Part shown: one piece after another, positions 55,539 through 64,000 of the stretch
Numbering within the stretch: position 1 is the first letter of the stretch
How the letters are laid out: every line of letters begins with the position of its first letter
The notes under the pieces: model-generated
Database searches by the model: none
Told to the model about the DNA's origin: nothing
The model's input: only the letters and a program-made list of their open reading frames with translations
Made by a program: the position numbers and the translations under genes
Assembly: GCA_021815445.1 (NCBI GenBank)
Contig: JAKAGM010000002.1
Coordinates: forward strand, 31,373 to 95,372
Origin: a bacterium
GTDB taxonomy: Bacteria; Patescibacteriota; Patescibacteriia; UBA10025
Direction: 5' to 3'
DNA length: 64,000 nt

Positions 55539-56543
55539 TCAAGAAAGGGCGAGCGTGAGAGCCTCACGGAGCTTCACTGGGCAGTGCGTGAGCCAGTGGG
55601 GCGATTTTAGTTGACTACCCGGGCGCTCACCCTCACTGAGCGAGATGTTCTGGGGGATGAGGTCACTGAAAACGGCGGCAAAGTTTCCGGATTCTCCCAG
55701 AGTCGGAGCGACGGGCTCAGCCCCAATGGAACGATAACGGTCGAGCACATTCTCCGGTACTGCTCCGGTGTTGACGATCACTACATCGGGCAACCTTCCC
55801 AAGTATGGTGGCAGCATTGAAACATGATTGCCCGCATTCCAGCCGTCGGTAAGGCCGGGCTGCGTCATCATATTGCACAACATAATGACTTTTGCCCGAC
55901 TGTCTCGAACGGCATCCTTGATTCCCTTCGGAAGCAATGCCGAGATAATTCCCGTGTGGAGTGATCCCGGGGCAATGATGATAACATCGGCGCTCCGTAT
56001 TGCCTCGATAGCAGGCGGGTACGCCCCGGCATCATTTGACAGACGCATCTGGGCGATGGGTATGCGGGGAACACGTTGAATGATGTTCCATTCACCCGTG
56101 ACGACACTGCCGTCGGTCAATTCAGCGACAACGTTGACGTTAGCCTCCGTCGCAGGCAATACCTTTCCGAGACAGCCTAGATCGCGCGCGACTGTTTCGA
56201 ATGCAGCTCCTATCCCCCCCAAGGAAAGAATGTGATCTGCGATGAGCAGATTTCCTACGGATATCCCCGCTTCGTTTCCATCTCTGAACCGGACCGCGAA
56301 GGCAGATGCTTCCGTAGTGTTCGGCGCTAAAGCCTGAATACAGTTGCGTCCATCGCCGACTTGCGGTATTCCATGAAGTTCTCGCAGATCGCCACTATGT
56401 CCCCCAGTGTCGGTAACCGAGACGATGGCCGTAAGTGATTGAGCATATCCTCGGACTGCTCCGAGAATGCTTGCTTGTCCGGTACCCGCGCCGATAACTG
56501 CCACTTTCTGGTCCTGTAATGCGGTGAAAGGGACTTCAGTCAT
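55539..56543 (-). CDS. YvcK/GlmR (CofD-like, UPF0052) protein
   Basis: IGAGTG, V.DTGG.SG.LR, GD.RNC, GNL, PGSL.T.I, NMMTQPG; GGGAGG SD. Confidence 0.9.
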   Translation of the reverse strand: MTEVPFTALQDQKVAVIGAGTGQASILGAVRGYAQSLTAIVSVTDTGGHSGDLRELHGIPQVGDGRNCIQALAPNTTEASAFAVRFRDGNEAGISVGNLLIADHILSLGGIGAAFETVARDLGCLGKVLPATEANVNVVAELTDGSVVTGEWNIIQRVPRIPIAQMRLSNDAGAYPPAIEAIRSADVIIIAPGSLHTGIISALLPKGIKDAVRDSRAKVIMLCNMMTQPGLTDGWNAGNHVSMLPPYLGRLPDVVIVNTGAVPENVLDRYRSIGAEPVAPTLGESGNFAAVFSDLIPQNISLSEGERPGSQLKSPHWLTHCPVKLREALTLALS

Positions 56544-56698
56544 TAACCACCTCCCTGGTGTATGTCCTTGTTGCTTTAAGTTGCTTTCAAGAGTTAACGA
56601 ACTTTTTTCTCGCGTGTGAAGTATTTTTCTTCACGCTCAATCAATAAATGGCGAGAGCATTTTCTCCCCGCTTTTTGACTGATCATGAGCACCGTCGA

Positions 56699-57967
56699 TT
56701 AAATTTCAGTGCGCAGTTTTTTTGTCTTGGAAAATACCTTTTTGAAGTATTCTTGTTGGACTTCGGTAAATTCCTGATCCCGTCTCCGCATAACCCGCGA
56801 GGTAACTTCTGTGGCCTTGTCAAACATATATTCTTCTGTGCCATCCAGCGTATTATGCCATGAGAAGGGCGGCAGGTATTTTGGCTGGAAGCCGGGACCG
56901 AAAACGTTGCTTATTGGGCCTATATTCGTGCCTCCCGCGAACATACTATTAATACCGGATTTTACATGATCCCCCATAAGAAGTCCAATGAAAAGCTGGC
57001 CCGTGTCAACCGGCGCTCCCGAGAGATGGACTCGAATAGGCGAATACGTATTTTTCAAATCACTGGTTGTCGTTCCTGCGCCGAGATTGCACCAACTCCC
57101 GATGTAGCTGTGTCCGACAAATCCGTAGTGCTGCTTGTTCGTGAATGGCAGGATAATTGAGTCCTCGACCTCGCCGCCGATTTTGCACGTATGTCCAATA
57201 GTGGTTCCACCATACAATGTCGCACCAGCCTTAATGACGGTGTTGTGACCGATATAGATGGGCCCCTTTATCACGCTGTTTGCCATTATCCGGGCGCCAT
57301 GCTCAATAATAATGGGGCCTTCGGTCGCGTCCAAAACGACTCCGGATTCGGCAACGCTTTCCGGCGCGAGAAAAATATTTTTAGGGTTCACCTGGACTGT
57401 AGTGGCATAGACCATACCCTCCTGTTTCCCAAGTGGAAAGGCGCGGGCGTTCTCCTGAAGCGCTCCGCCGTTATCGAGCATGAGCTCCCAGATGTACGAG
57501 TACAGTTTTATCGAAATCTCTTCATTGGGGATGGATCCGCGAATCTCCTTCAAGTAGCCATAAATATTCCCCTTGCGGTTTTCCGTTAATATCACTCGTG
57601 CAGCAACTATGGTATCGTGAGCAACATACATAACGCCGTTTCCGGCGAGCTTAATAATCTGAGCCAAACGATCCGGGTGTGCGACGCGAGCATTCACAAA
57701 GAGATACTCTCCGGCTTCAAGATTATTTGTCGTTATATCATCTCCCAGATCAGCCACAGGTGCAAGCTCATCGCGGCAACTCAGTGATGTCAGCAAGTCG
57801 GGAAACGCGAGAGCAAAGCGGTGATAACGTGGCATGGTTCCTTGCATCAGCTCCCATACAGGGTGAAAGTAATGCAACGGTTCAAATGAAGCTACGGTCT
57901 CATCCTCAAAAATACACAATCGAGTCGGCTCGATTTGAAATTTCTTTTTTTTCGAAAAAAACCCCAT
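56699..57967 (-). CDS. GlmU-like sugar nucleotidyltransferase/acetyltransferase (hexapeptide repeats)
   Basis: Left-handed beta-helix, GGEV..S, NKQH.GF.GHSY.G.W.NLGAGT..SDLKN.Y. Confidence 0.85.
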   Translation of the reverse strand: MGFFSKKKKFQIEPTRLCIFEDETVASFEPLHYFHPVWELMQGTMPRYHRFALAFPDLLTSLSCRDELAPVADLGDDITTNNLEAGEYLFVNARVAHPDRLAQIIKLAGNGVMYVAHDTIVAARVILTENRKGNIYGYLKEIRGSIPNEEISIKLYSYIWELMLDNGGALQENARAFPLGKQEGMVYATTVQVNPKNIFLAPESVAESGVVLDATEGPIIIEHGARIMANSVIKGPIYIGHNTVIKAGATLYGGTTIGHTCKIGGEVEDSIILPFTNKQHYGFVGHSYIGSWCNLGAGTTTSDLKNTYSPIRVHLSGAPVDTGQLFIGLLMGDHVKSGINSMFAGGTNIGPISNVFGPGFQPKYLPPFSWHNTLDGTEEYMFDKATEVTSRVMRRRDQEFTEVQQEYFKKVFSKTKKLRTEI

Positions 57968-57972
57968 AGTAA

Positions 57973-59820
57973 TTATTCTACGGTAACGCTTTTAGCGAGA
58001 TTTCTCGGCTGATCAACATCACACCCGCGCTCGACTGCGACGTAGTATGCGAGGAGCTGAAGCGGAATCGTGGTGACAAGCGGAGAAAGTTCGATAGGCA
58101 CTTGCGGTACGCGAAGCACGTGGTTGGCTTTCTTTTCTATCGTTTTGTCATTATCATTCGCGACGGCAATTATGTCCCCCCCGCGGGCAAGGATCTCTTC
58201 CATATTGGATAAAATTTTCGGATATAGAGGATCATGGTCGAGCGCAATAATGACCGAGGGCATCCGCTTATCTATCAGCGCGATAGGGCCGTGTTTCATC
58301 TCTGCTGCCGGGTATCCTTCTGCGTGGATGTAGGATATTTCTTTCAGTTTTAACGCTCCCTCCAAGGCGACAGGGAAGTTTATGCCCCTTCCTAAAAAGA
58401 GGAAATGATCGCGGGATGCGTGCTTTTTTGCGATTTCGCGGATTTTCTGCTCCTTTTCCGGCTGGAGTATCTCTTGGATTCTCTCAGGAATATTCTTTAA
58501 CGCTTCGAGGATTACCTTTCCTTTTTCGACGGACATGGCGCGGCTGCGTGCGAGGAGGATACTGATAAGAGTCAAGATGGTAATTTGAGCCGTGAACGCC
58601 TTTGTAGAGGCGACGCCGATTTCGGGTCCCGCATGGAGGTAGACGCCGGCGGCGGTTTCTCTGGCTATCGTGCTACCTACGACATTGCAGATTCCCAACA
58701 CTGTCGCTCCCTGACGTTTTGCTTCTCTCAGTGCCGCGAGGGTATCAGCAGTCTCCCCGGACTGGCTAATAACGAGAACGACAGTGCCTTTCTCAATAAT
58801 GGGTGACCGATACCTGAATTCGGACGCGTATTCCACCTCAGCGGGGATACGGGCGAGCTCCTCTATGAGATACTCGCCGACTAGCCCGGCGTGCCATGAT
58901 GTTCCGCATGCCGTAATAATAATACGTTTTGCATGTTGGAGCTGTTCAAGATGAGATGCCAGACCGTTCAGGTGTGAAACTCCATTTTCCAGGTCAATCC
59001 GGCCGCGCATCGTATCCCTGAGGGCGCTCGGCTGTTCGTCAATTTCTTTTTTCATGTAGTGGTCGTATCCGCCCTTTTCAATTTTTTTCGCATCCCAGTC
59101 GATATGCGTCGCCTTGCGAATAATGGGAATATTTTTCAGCGAAATAATCTTATATCCCTTGGGGGTCAGATGCACCATTTCCCCGTCTTCGATATGAATG
59201 ATTTCCTTAGTGTGGGCGATAAACGCCGACGGGTCTGAAGCGATATAGTATTCTTCCTTGCCCACGCCGAGCACGAGAGGACTTTGGAAGCGCGCTGCGA
59301 CAATCTCTTCGGGGTGTGATGCGCTGATAGCCACGATAGCGTACGCGCCGACCAGGTCGTTGAGCGCTGTGCGGACGGCCTCGACAAAGTCGCCGTTGGC
59401 GTATTCCTCGATCAGATGGGCGATAACCTCGGTGTCTGTTTCGCTCGAAAACATGTGCCCTTTTTTCTCGAGCATGGTTTTGAGCGTCCTGTAATTTTCT
59501 ATTATGCCGTTGTGCGCTACGGCAAGCTGGATATTTTTGTTCCACGGGCAACCGGTGTGCGGGTGGGCATTGAGCTCTGTCACTCCGCCGTGGGTTGCCC
59601 AACGGGTATGGCCTATCCCGATGGCTCCCTTCCATGCGCCATGCGCAGTCGCCCGCTCGAGATCATTAATTTTCCCGACAACTTTCTTTATTTCCAATGT
59701 CGTTCCGTCTGTCATTGCCAGGCCCGCAGAATCATACCCGCGGTATTCGAGCCTGTGCAGACCTTCGATGACTACGTCTCGAACGTTTTTATTGCCGACA
59801 TATCCGATGATGCCGCACAT
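57973..59820 (-). CDS. glmS: Glutamine-fructose-6-phosphate transaminase
   Basis: MCGIIGY, EYRGYDSAG, GHTRWATHG, SQSGETADT, PRNLAKSVTVE. Confidence 0.98.
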   Translation of the reverse strand: MCGIIGYVGNKNVRDVVIEGLHRLEYRGYDSAGLAMTDGTTLEIKKVVGKINDLERATAHGAWKGAIGIGHTRWATHGGVTELNAHPHTGCPWNKNIQLAVAHNGIIENYRTLKTMLEKKGHMFSSETDTEVIAHLIEEYANGDFVEAVRTALNDLVGAYAIVAISASHPEEIVAARFQSPLVLGVGKEEYYIASDPSAFIAHTKEIIHIEDGEMVHLTPKGYKIISLKNIPIIRKATHIDWDAKKIEKGGYDHYMKKEIDEQPSALRDTMRGRIDLENGVSHLNGLASHLEQLQHAKRIIITACGTSWHAGLVGEYLIEELARIPAEVEYASEFRYRSPIIEKGTVVLVISQSGETADTLAALREAKRQGATVLGICNVVGSTIARETAAGVYLHAGPEIGVASTKAFTAQITILTLISILLARSRAMSVEKGKVILEALKNIPERIQEILQPEKEQKIREIAKKHASRDHFLFLGRGINFPVALEGALKLKEISYIHAEGYPAAEMKHGPIALIDKRMPSVIIALDHDPLYPKILSNMEEILARGGDIIAVANDNDKTIEKKANHVLRVPQVPIELSPLVTTIPLQLLAYYVAVERGCDVDQPRNLAKSVTVE

Positions 59821-59859
59821 AGGTAAGGGAGATAAAAGATGAAAAAGAAGAATGGAAAA

Positions 59860-61047
59860 TTACTGGATAAGTCCGTGCTTTTTGCCGATGCGGGTAAAGG
59901 CCTCGATTGCCTTATTAACATGCTCATCCGTGTGCGCTGCTGACAGCTGTACGCGTATACGCGCAGTTCCCTGCGGGACCACGGGATACCAAAATCCGAT
60001 AACAAAGACACCCTCATTAAGGAGATCGGCGGCAATCGCCGCGGCGACAGTAGCTTCGCCGAGCATGATGGGCACTATAGGATGGTTGTTGCCGCGGATG
60101 GTAAAGCCCGCTGACGTCATCGCCGAACGGAATTTCTCCGTGTTGTGCATCAGCTGTTCACGCGCTTGTTTAAGCGTGTCGGCGTGGTCGACAATATATT
60201 GCGTTGTGGCCACGACTACGGGAGCAAGGGAGTTAGAAAAAAGGTACGGCCGGGACCGCTGCCGCAAAAAGTCGACGATCTCCTGCCGCGCTGCAGTAAA
60301 CCCGCCTGATGCCCCGCCAAAGGCCTTGCCAAATGTCGATGTAACAATATCAATGCGATCCATGGTCCCTGTCGCTTCGCCGCTGCCCCTGCCATTCGGA
60401 CCCAGGATGCCTGTGGCATGCGAATCATCCACCATAACGACAGCATCATAGCGGTCTGCGAGGTCGCAGATATCTTTCAGTTTCGCCATTTCTCCATCCA
60501 TGCTAAAGACTCCGTCAGTCACGATAAGCTTGATGCGTTTAGATTGAGCCGCCTTCAGCTGGTTCTCGAGATCATCCATGTCGTGATGTTTATAGCGATA
60601 CCTCTCGGCCTTGCAAAGCCTGACACCGTCAATAATGCTTGCATGGTTAAGCTCGTCGGAAATTATTGCATCATCGCCGGCGAGCAAAGTTTCAAAGAGC
60701 CCCGCATTTGCGTCAAAGCAGGATGAATAGAGGATTGCATCATCCATTCCTACGTACTGCGCGAGAGTTCGCTCGAGTTTCCGATGCTGTTCCTGCGTGC
60801 CGGAGATGAAACGGACCGATGAGAGGCCGTAACCGTAGCGATCAAGCGCTTTTTTTGCGGCAGAGATGACATCGGGATTATTCGCGAGCCCGAGGTAATT
60901 ATTTGCGCTAAAGTTAAGCACGCGTTTGCCGTTAACGGTAATCTCGGCGCCTTGGGGAGATTGCAGCTCGCGTTCTGTTTTCCAGAGCCCTTGTGATCGG
61001 ATGTCGTCCTCGGTTTTTTTAAGTATGCGTTGTAAAGAATCGTACAT
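59860..61047 (-). CDS. kbl: 2-amino-3-ketobutyrate CoA ligase (glycine C-acetyltransferase)
   Basis: [47 protein letters not shown]. Confidence 0.95.
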   Translation of the reverse strand: MYDSLQRILKKTEDDIRSQGLWKTERELQSPQGAEITVNGKRVLNFSANNYLGLANNPDVISAAKKALDRYGYGLSSVRFISGTQEQHRKLERTLAQYVGMDDAILYSSCFDANAGLFETLLAGDDAIISDELNHASIIDGVRLCKAERYRYKHHDMDDLENQLKAAQSKRIKLIVTDGVFSMDGEMAKLKDICDLADRYDAVVMVDDSHATGILGPNGRGSGEATGTMDRIDIVTSTFGKAFGGASGGFTAARQEIVDFLRQRSRPYLFSNSLAPVVVATTQYIVDHADTLKQAREQLMHNTEKFRSAMTSAGFTIRGNNHPIVPIMLGEATVAAAIAADLLNEGVFVIGFWYPVVPQGTARIRVQLSAAHTDEHVNKAIEAFTRIGKKHGLIQ

Positions 61048-61054
61048 AGGGGGA

Positions 61055-62200
61055 TTAAAACTTCAAAATAGTCTTAGGGTGGGCGAGCATGTGCTCCTCA
61101 AATGTCTGCGTCGTCGCTTCTGAAAAAGGGAGCATGGTGCCTTTTCCTCCCTGCAAAAGCTCATTCCATAATTTGTCCTGAATGCCGTTCGACGCGTCTT
61201 CGAGGAGGCGCTGGGTTATTTCCCACGTTCCAAATATCCTGCGGCCAATGATTGAATGCAGGGTAATTCCGCGCACGATAAGCTTATCAAACATTTTGAT
61301 TGATATGTCGCCCGTTTTTATCCCGAAGAGTACGACATCCCCGCCCCGTCTCACTGTTTGGATGGCCGTATTAACACTCGTATGGTAGCCGGCCATTTCC
61401 AGCGCGACATCCACTCCCACGCCCTCGGTCAGGTCGTGAATTTTCCGGACAAGTTCAGCATCATATCCCGGCTCCGGGTCTCGTGCGGTTACCGCGGTGA
61501 CATCAGCGCCGAATGACTTTGCGAGCGCCAGTTTATTCTCGTTTGGGTCTGCGGCGATAATGTACGATGCGCCCGTAGCTCGGGCAACCATGGTGGCCAT
61601 CAGGCCGATTGGTCCGCATCCAAAGACTGCTATGCGTTTACCCTTGAGATCCACGCGAGTGGCAGCATGAACAGCATTACCAAAGGGCTCCTGCATACAG
61701 GCTATCTCAGGTCGTATTTTATGTGTATCCGTATGCCACAATATTTTTGCAGGGATTTTGATGTATTCAGCAAAACATCCGTCAATGCCGATTCCCAGAA
61801 TGATTTCATCGGTACATACATGCCGTTCACCGCGCACGCACTGGTAGCATTTGCCGCAGGTGATATGGGACTCAGCGCTAACCAGGTCACCTTTTTTGAA
61901 CCCATACTTTTCTTTGACCGCAGAGCCAGCCTCAACAATTTGACCGAACAATTCGTGGCCGACAATGCGAAGAAACTTATTCTCTCTTTTTAACGATTTA
62001 AAAATCTGGTCTTGAAACGCCGTCCGGAACCATATGCCCCTGTCCGACCCGCACACGCCGACAAAGATAAGCTTTACGACAACCCACTCGGCGTCTTGCT
62101 TGAGGTTCGTTTCATCTATATGCGGGTCATCCACTGAAATCTTTTTAAGACCCTTAGTTTTTTCCCATGATTCCCGACTGTCGAGGATGAATGCTTTCAT
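61055..62200 (-). CDS. tdh: L-threonine 3-dehydrogenase-like Zn alcohol dehydrogenase
   Basis: CGSD, GHE, ESHITCG.C..C......[22 protein letters not shown]; adjacent to kbl. Confidence 0.88.
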   Translation of the reverse strand: MKAFILDSRESWEKTKGLKKISVDDPHIDETNLKQDAEWVVVKLIFVGVCGSDRGIWFRTAFQDQIFKSLKRENKFLRIVGHELFGQIVEAGSAVKEKYGFKKGDLVSAESHITCGKCYQCVRGERHVCTDEIILGIGIDGCFAEYIKIPAKILWHTDTHKIRPEIACMQEPFGNAVHAATRVDLKGKRIAVFGCGPIGLMATMVARATGASYIIAADPNENKLALAKSFGADVTAVTARDPEPGYDAELVRKIHDLTEGVGVDVALEMAGYHTSVNTAIQTVRRGGDVVLFGIKTGDISIKMFDKLIVRGITLHSIIGRRIFGTWEITQRLLEDASNGIQDKLWNELLQGGKGTMLPFSEATTQTFEEHMLAHPKTILKF

Positions 62201-62958
62201 GTTGTAGGTGCGATGTTAGGTAATGTTGAATATACATGTTCAAAAATGACTCTTTGAGTTTCAGCAATCGTCGCGTCAGCCATCAGGATTCCGTGCAGTT
62301 TCTTGTGTTCGTCGAATGAAATGATAGCCATCTTATGTTCATAGATGATAATGTAGGCAGGACTGCTTTCGGTTTTGGTCAGCCACTTCCGTTCATCCAT
62401 GCCCCAGAGCTTACCTCCAGATCCTAAGGCGATCACCTTGACTCGGATTTTTTTAGCGATGCGTTTTTTCGCAAAATTCGGAAAGTCAGTGTACAAATGC
62501 TCCCGGACGTCTGCGGCTGAGTACGCGTAGTACTCTTTTGTTTTCGCCGAGGACATCGTGTCAATCACATCCTGGAGGATGGCTTTGATGCCTGTCGCAC
62601 CCTCGTAGTACTTGACCACAGGTTTTGACGGGGATGTCGGAATCAGGGAGCGGAGATTGGGCAAGATACTCTCCAGCTCTCGCCGAGACCTCTCAAGAAT
62701 CGATACGTTTTGCTCGATAATTTCCTTCAGCCGTTCAGGGTTCTCCGCGACAAAGTACTGGTGCGTGTTCTTATGATAATAGCTGACCAGGCCTTTTTTG
62801 AGAAGCGATTTTAAAGTGTCGTACGTCGTTCCACGGTTGACGCCAGTAGTCAAAGCCAAGGTTCGCACAGACGACTGACCCGCCTCAAGAAGTTTGAGGT
62901 AGATTTGGGTCTCCTTTTGGTTCAATCCGATACGTTGGAGGATTGATTCGGCCGGCAT
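62197..62958 (-). CDS. TrmB-family transcriptional regulator
   Basis: IGL..KE..IYL.LL, G.NR.T.YD.L..L, KYYEG..GI. Confidence 0.9.
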   Translation of the reverse strand: MPAESILQRIGLNQKETQIYLKLLEAGQSSVRTLALTTGVNRGTTYDTLKSLLKKGLVSYYHKNTHQYFVAENPERLKEIIEQNVSILERSRRELESILPNLRSLIPTSPSKPVVKYYEGATGIKAILQDVIDTMSSAKTKEYYAYSAADVREHLYTDFPNFAKKRIAKKIRVKVIALGSGGKLWGMDERKWLTKTESSPAYIIIYEHKMAIISFDEHKKLHGILMADATIAETQRVIFEHVYSTLPNIAPTT

Positions 62959-63153
62959 AAGGTATGTAAAACAGTATAGTTTTTAGCAGAATACCTGTCA
63001 ATACTTTTACAACCATTTTTACCATTTTTTTCTTATTTGGCTAAAATGAGCCAAAAAGAAGGATAAGGTTTGTCATTTTCTGCTCTACACTATGGATGTA
63101 TGACTGGGAGCAATTTTTGACCCGGGACGGAAAAATGAGTACACTATGCGCAT

Positions 63154-64000
63154 ATGGCAAAAAAAACAGTTATTGTGTTAACAGGCGGGGGCCTGGCGCC
63201 TGCGCTCAATCCTACATTATATGGGGTCATCACGGCCGCACGTAAGCAGGGGTACCGCGTTCTCGGGGGTGTTGCAGGATGGCTTAGTCTACTCGAGGAC
63301 GGACGTCGGATAGACCTGTCGAATGTTGACGTAGAATCAATTAGAAACATGGGCGGCACCTTTTTACGGTCCTCCCGCACCAATCCCTTTAAGGTAGCTG
63401 GCGGAGTAGATGCCATTAAAGCAACGCTAAACAGAGAGGGCATTGATGCAATAATTGCCATCGGAGGGAATGATACGCTGGGTGCCGCACGAGAACTCGC
63501 GCGAAAAGAAGGCATCCCGGCTGTCGGTATTCCCAAGACTATTGATAACGACCTTTCCGGAACCTACTGGTGTCCGGGATTCCCGTCAGCCGCTCATTAT
63601 ATCAGCTCATTCGTCAGGGAAATCCGCGAAGACGCCGCCTACGCGCTCCAGCGCATTTATGTCATCGAAGCACTCGGCATGCATAGCGGGTGGCTCGCGG
63701 CGAGCGGCAGCTATGGCGGCGCTGATGTCATCATTCCTCCCGAGAAGACCGTGTCATTACAGTCGGTGCTCAAGATAACACAACGTCGTTATCGGGATAA
63801 TGACAACTTCGCCGCCGTTGTTGTGGCGCAGGAAGCTCAGTTCGATGAACCCCTCGGCGTGAGTTATGACGACCAGCACGACCAGTACAGTACCAAGCGG
63901 CAGCAATATATAGCGTTAAGCCTGCGTGCCGTCATTGCTGAAAAACTCGGTATCACCACGCGCATGCTGTATCCCGGCAACTATTTTGAAACGGGCGCGC
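63154..64000 (+). CDS. 6-phosphofructokinase family protein (PPi-type signature), runs off the right edge
   Basis: Not in the ORF track. MAKKTVIVLTGGGLAPALN, GGTFLRSSRTNP, IGGNDT, GIPKTIDND; TACACT 8 nt upstream of ATG. Confidence 0.9.
   Translation, partial: MAKKTVIVLTGGGLAPALNPTLYGVITAARKQGYRVLGGVAGWLSLLEDGRRIDLSNVDVESIRNMGGTFLRSSRTNPFKVAGGVDAIKATLNREGIDAIIAIGGNDTLGAARELARKEGIPAVGIPKTIDNDLSGTYWCPGFPSAAHYISSFVREIREDAAYALQRIYVIEALGMHSGWLAASGSYGGADVIIPPEKTVSLQSVLKITQRRYRDNDNFAAVVVAQEAQFDEPLGVSYDDQHDQYSTKRQQYIALSLRAVIAEKLGITTRMLYPGNYFETGA

Noticed and set aside
59821-59859. glmS ribozyme
   Set aside because: Only 39 nt separate kbl and glmS, too short to hold it.
1-64000. Alternative genetic code (TGA recoding) or prophage
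   Set aside because: Conserved genes are full length under code 11 and several end in TGA; no phage structural, terminase or integrase genes were recognised.

Overview
Chromosomal window of a small-genome bacterium, most likely Patescibacteria/CPR. This is inferred from the TrbC/VirB2-like pilin array, many GT-C membrane proteins, TrmB-family regulators and mostly SD-less or leaderless genes; the genetic code is standard code 11. Left part: GH15 hydrolase (partial), ruvC, yebC, then a PGI/PMI + GT2 + five GT-C glycosylation cluster next to three pilins, a solute-binding protein and galU. Middle (about 18-56 kb): a mosaic of singleton accessory genes separated by several families of REP-like palindromes. 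These genes include a POT transporter, csaA, msrB, panD, fabF, an S8 protease, a HEPN protein, two GIY-YIG nucleases, msrA, MFS and ABC transporters, an aminotransferase and a spermidine-synthase-like protein, plus tRNA-Ser(CGA). Right part: endonuclease Q, yvcK, glmU-like, glmS, kbl, tdh, TrmB and a partial PFK. The most notable observations are: (1) eight self-contained transcription units sharing a boxA-like leader motif plus strong SD and terminator, against a leaderless background; (2) a composite tRNA-Ser locus made of a broken 5' tRNA copy with two CG-flanked hairpin insertions, a GIY-YIG gene, the intact tRNA and degenerate 3'-end repeats; (3) a GIY-YIG gene bracketed by inverted palindromic repeats, with gene-less relatives elsewhere; (4) the same '5'-fragment / cargo / intact gene' architecture at csaA; (5) a 30-bp palindrome inserted in frame in a protein. 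All product calls come from motif recognition by eye; no database searches were run.
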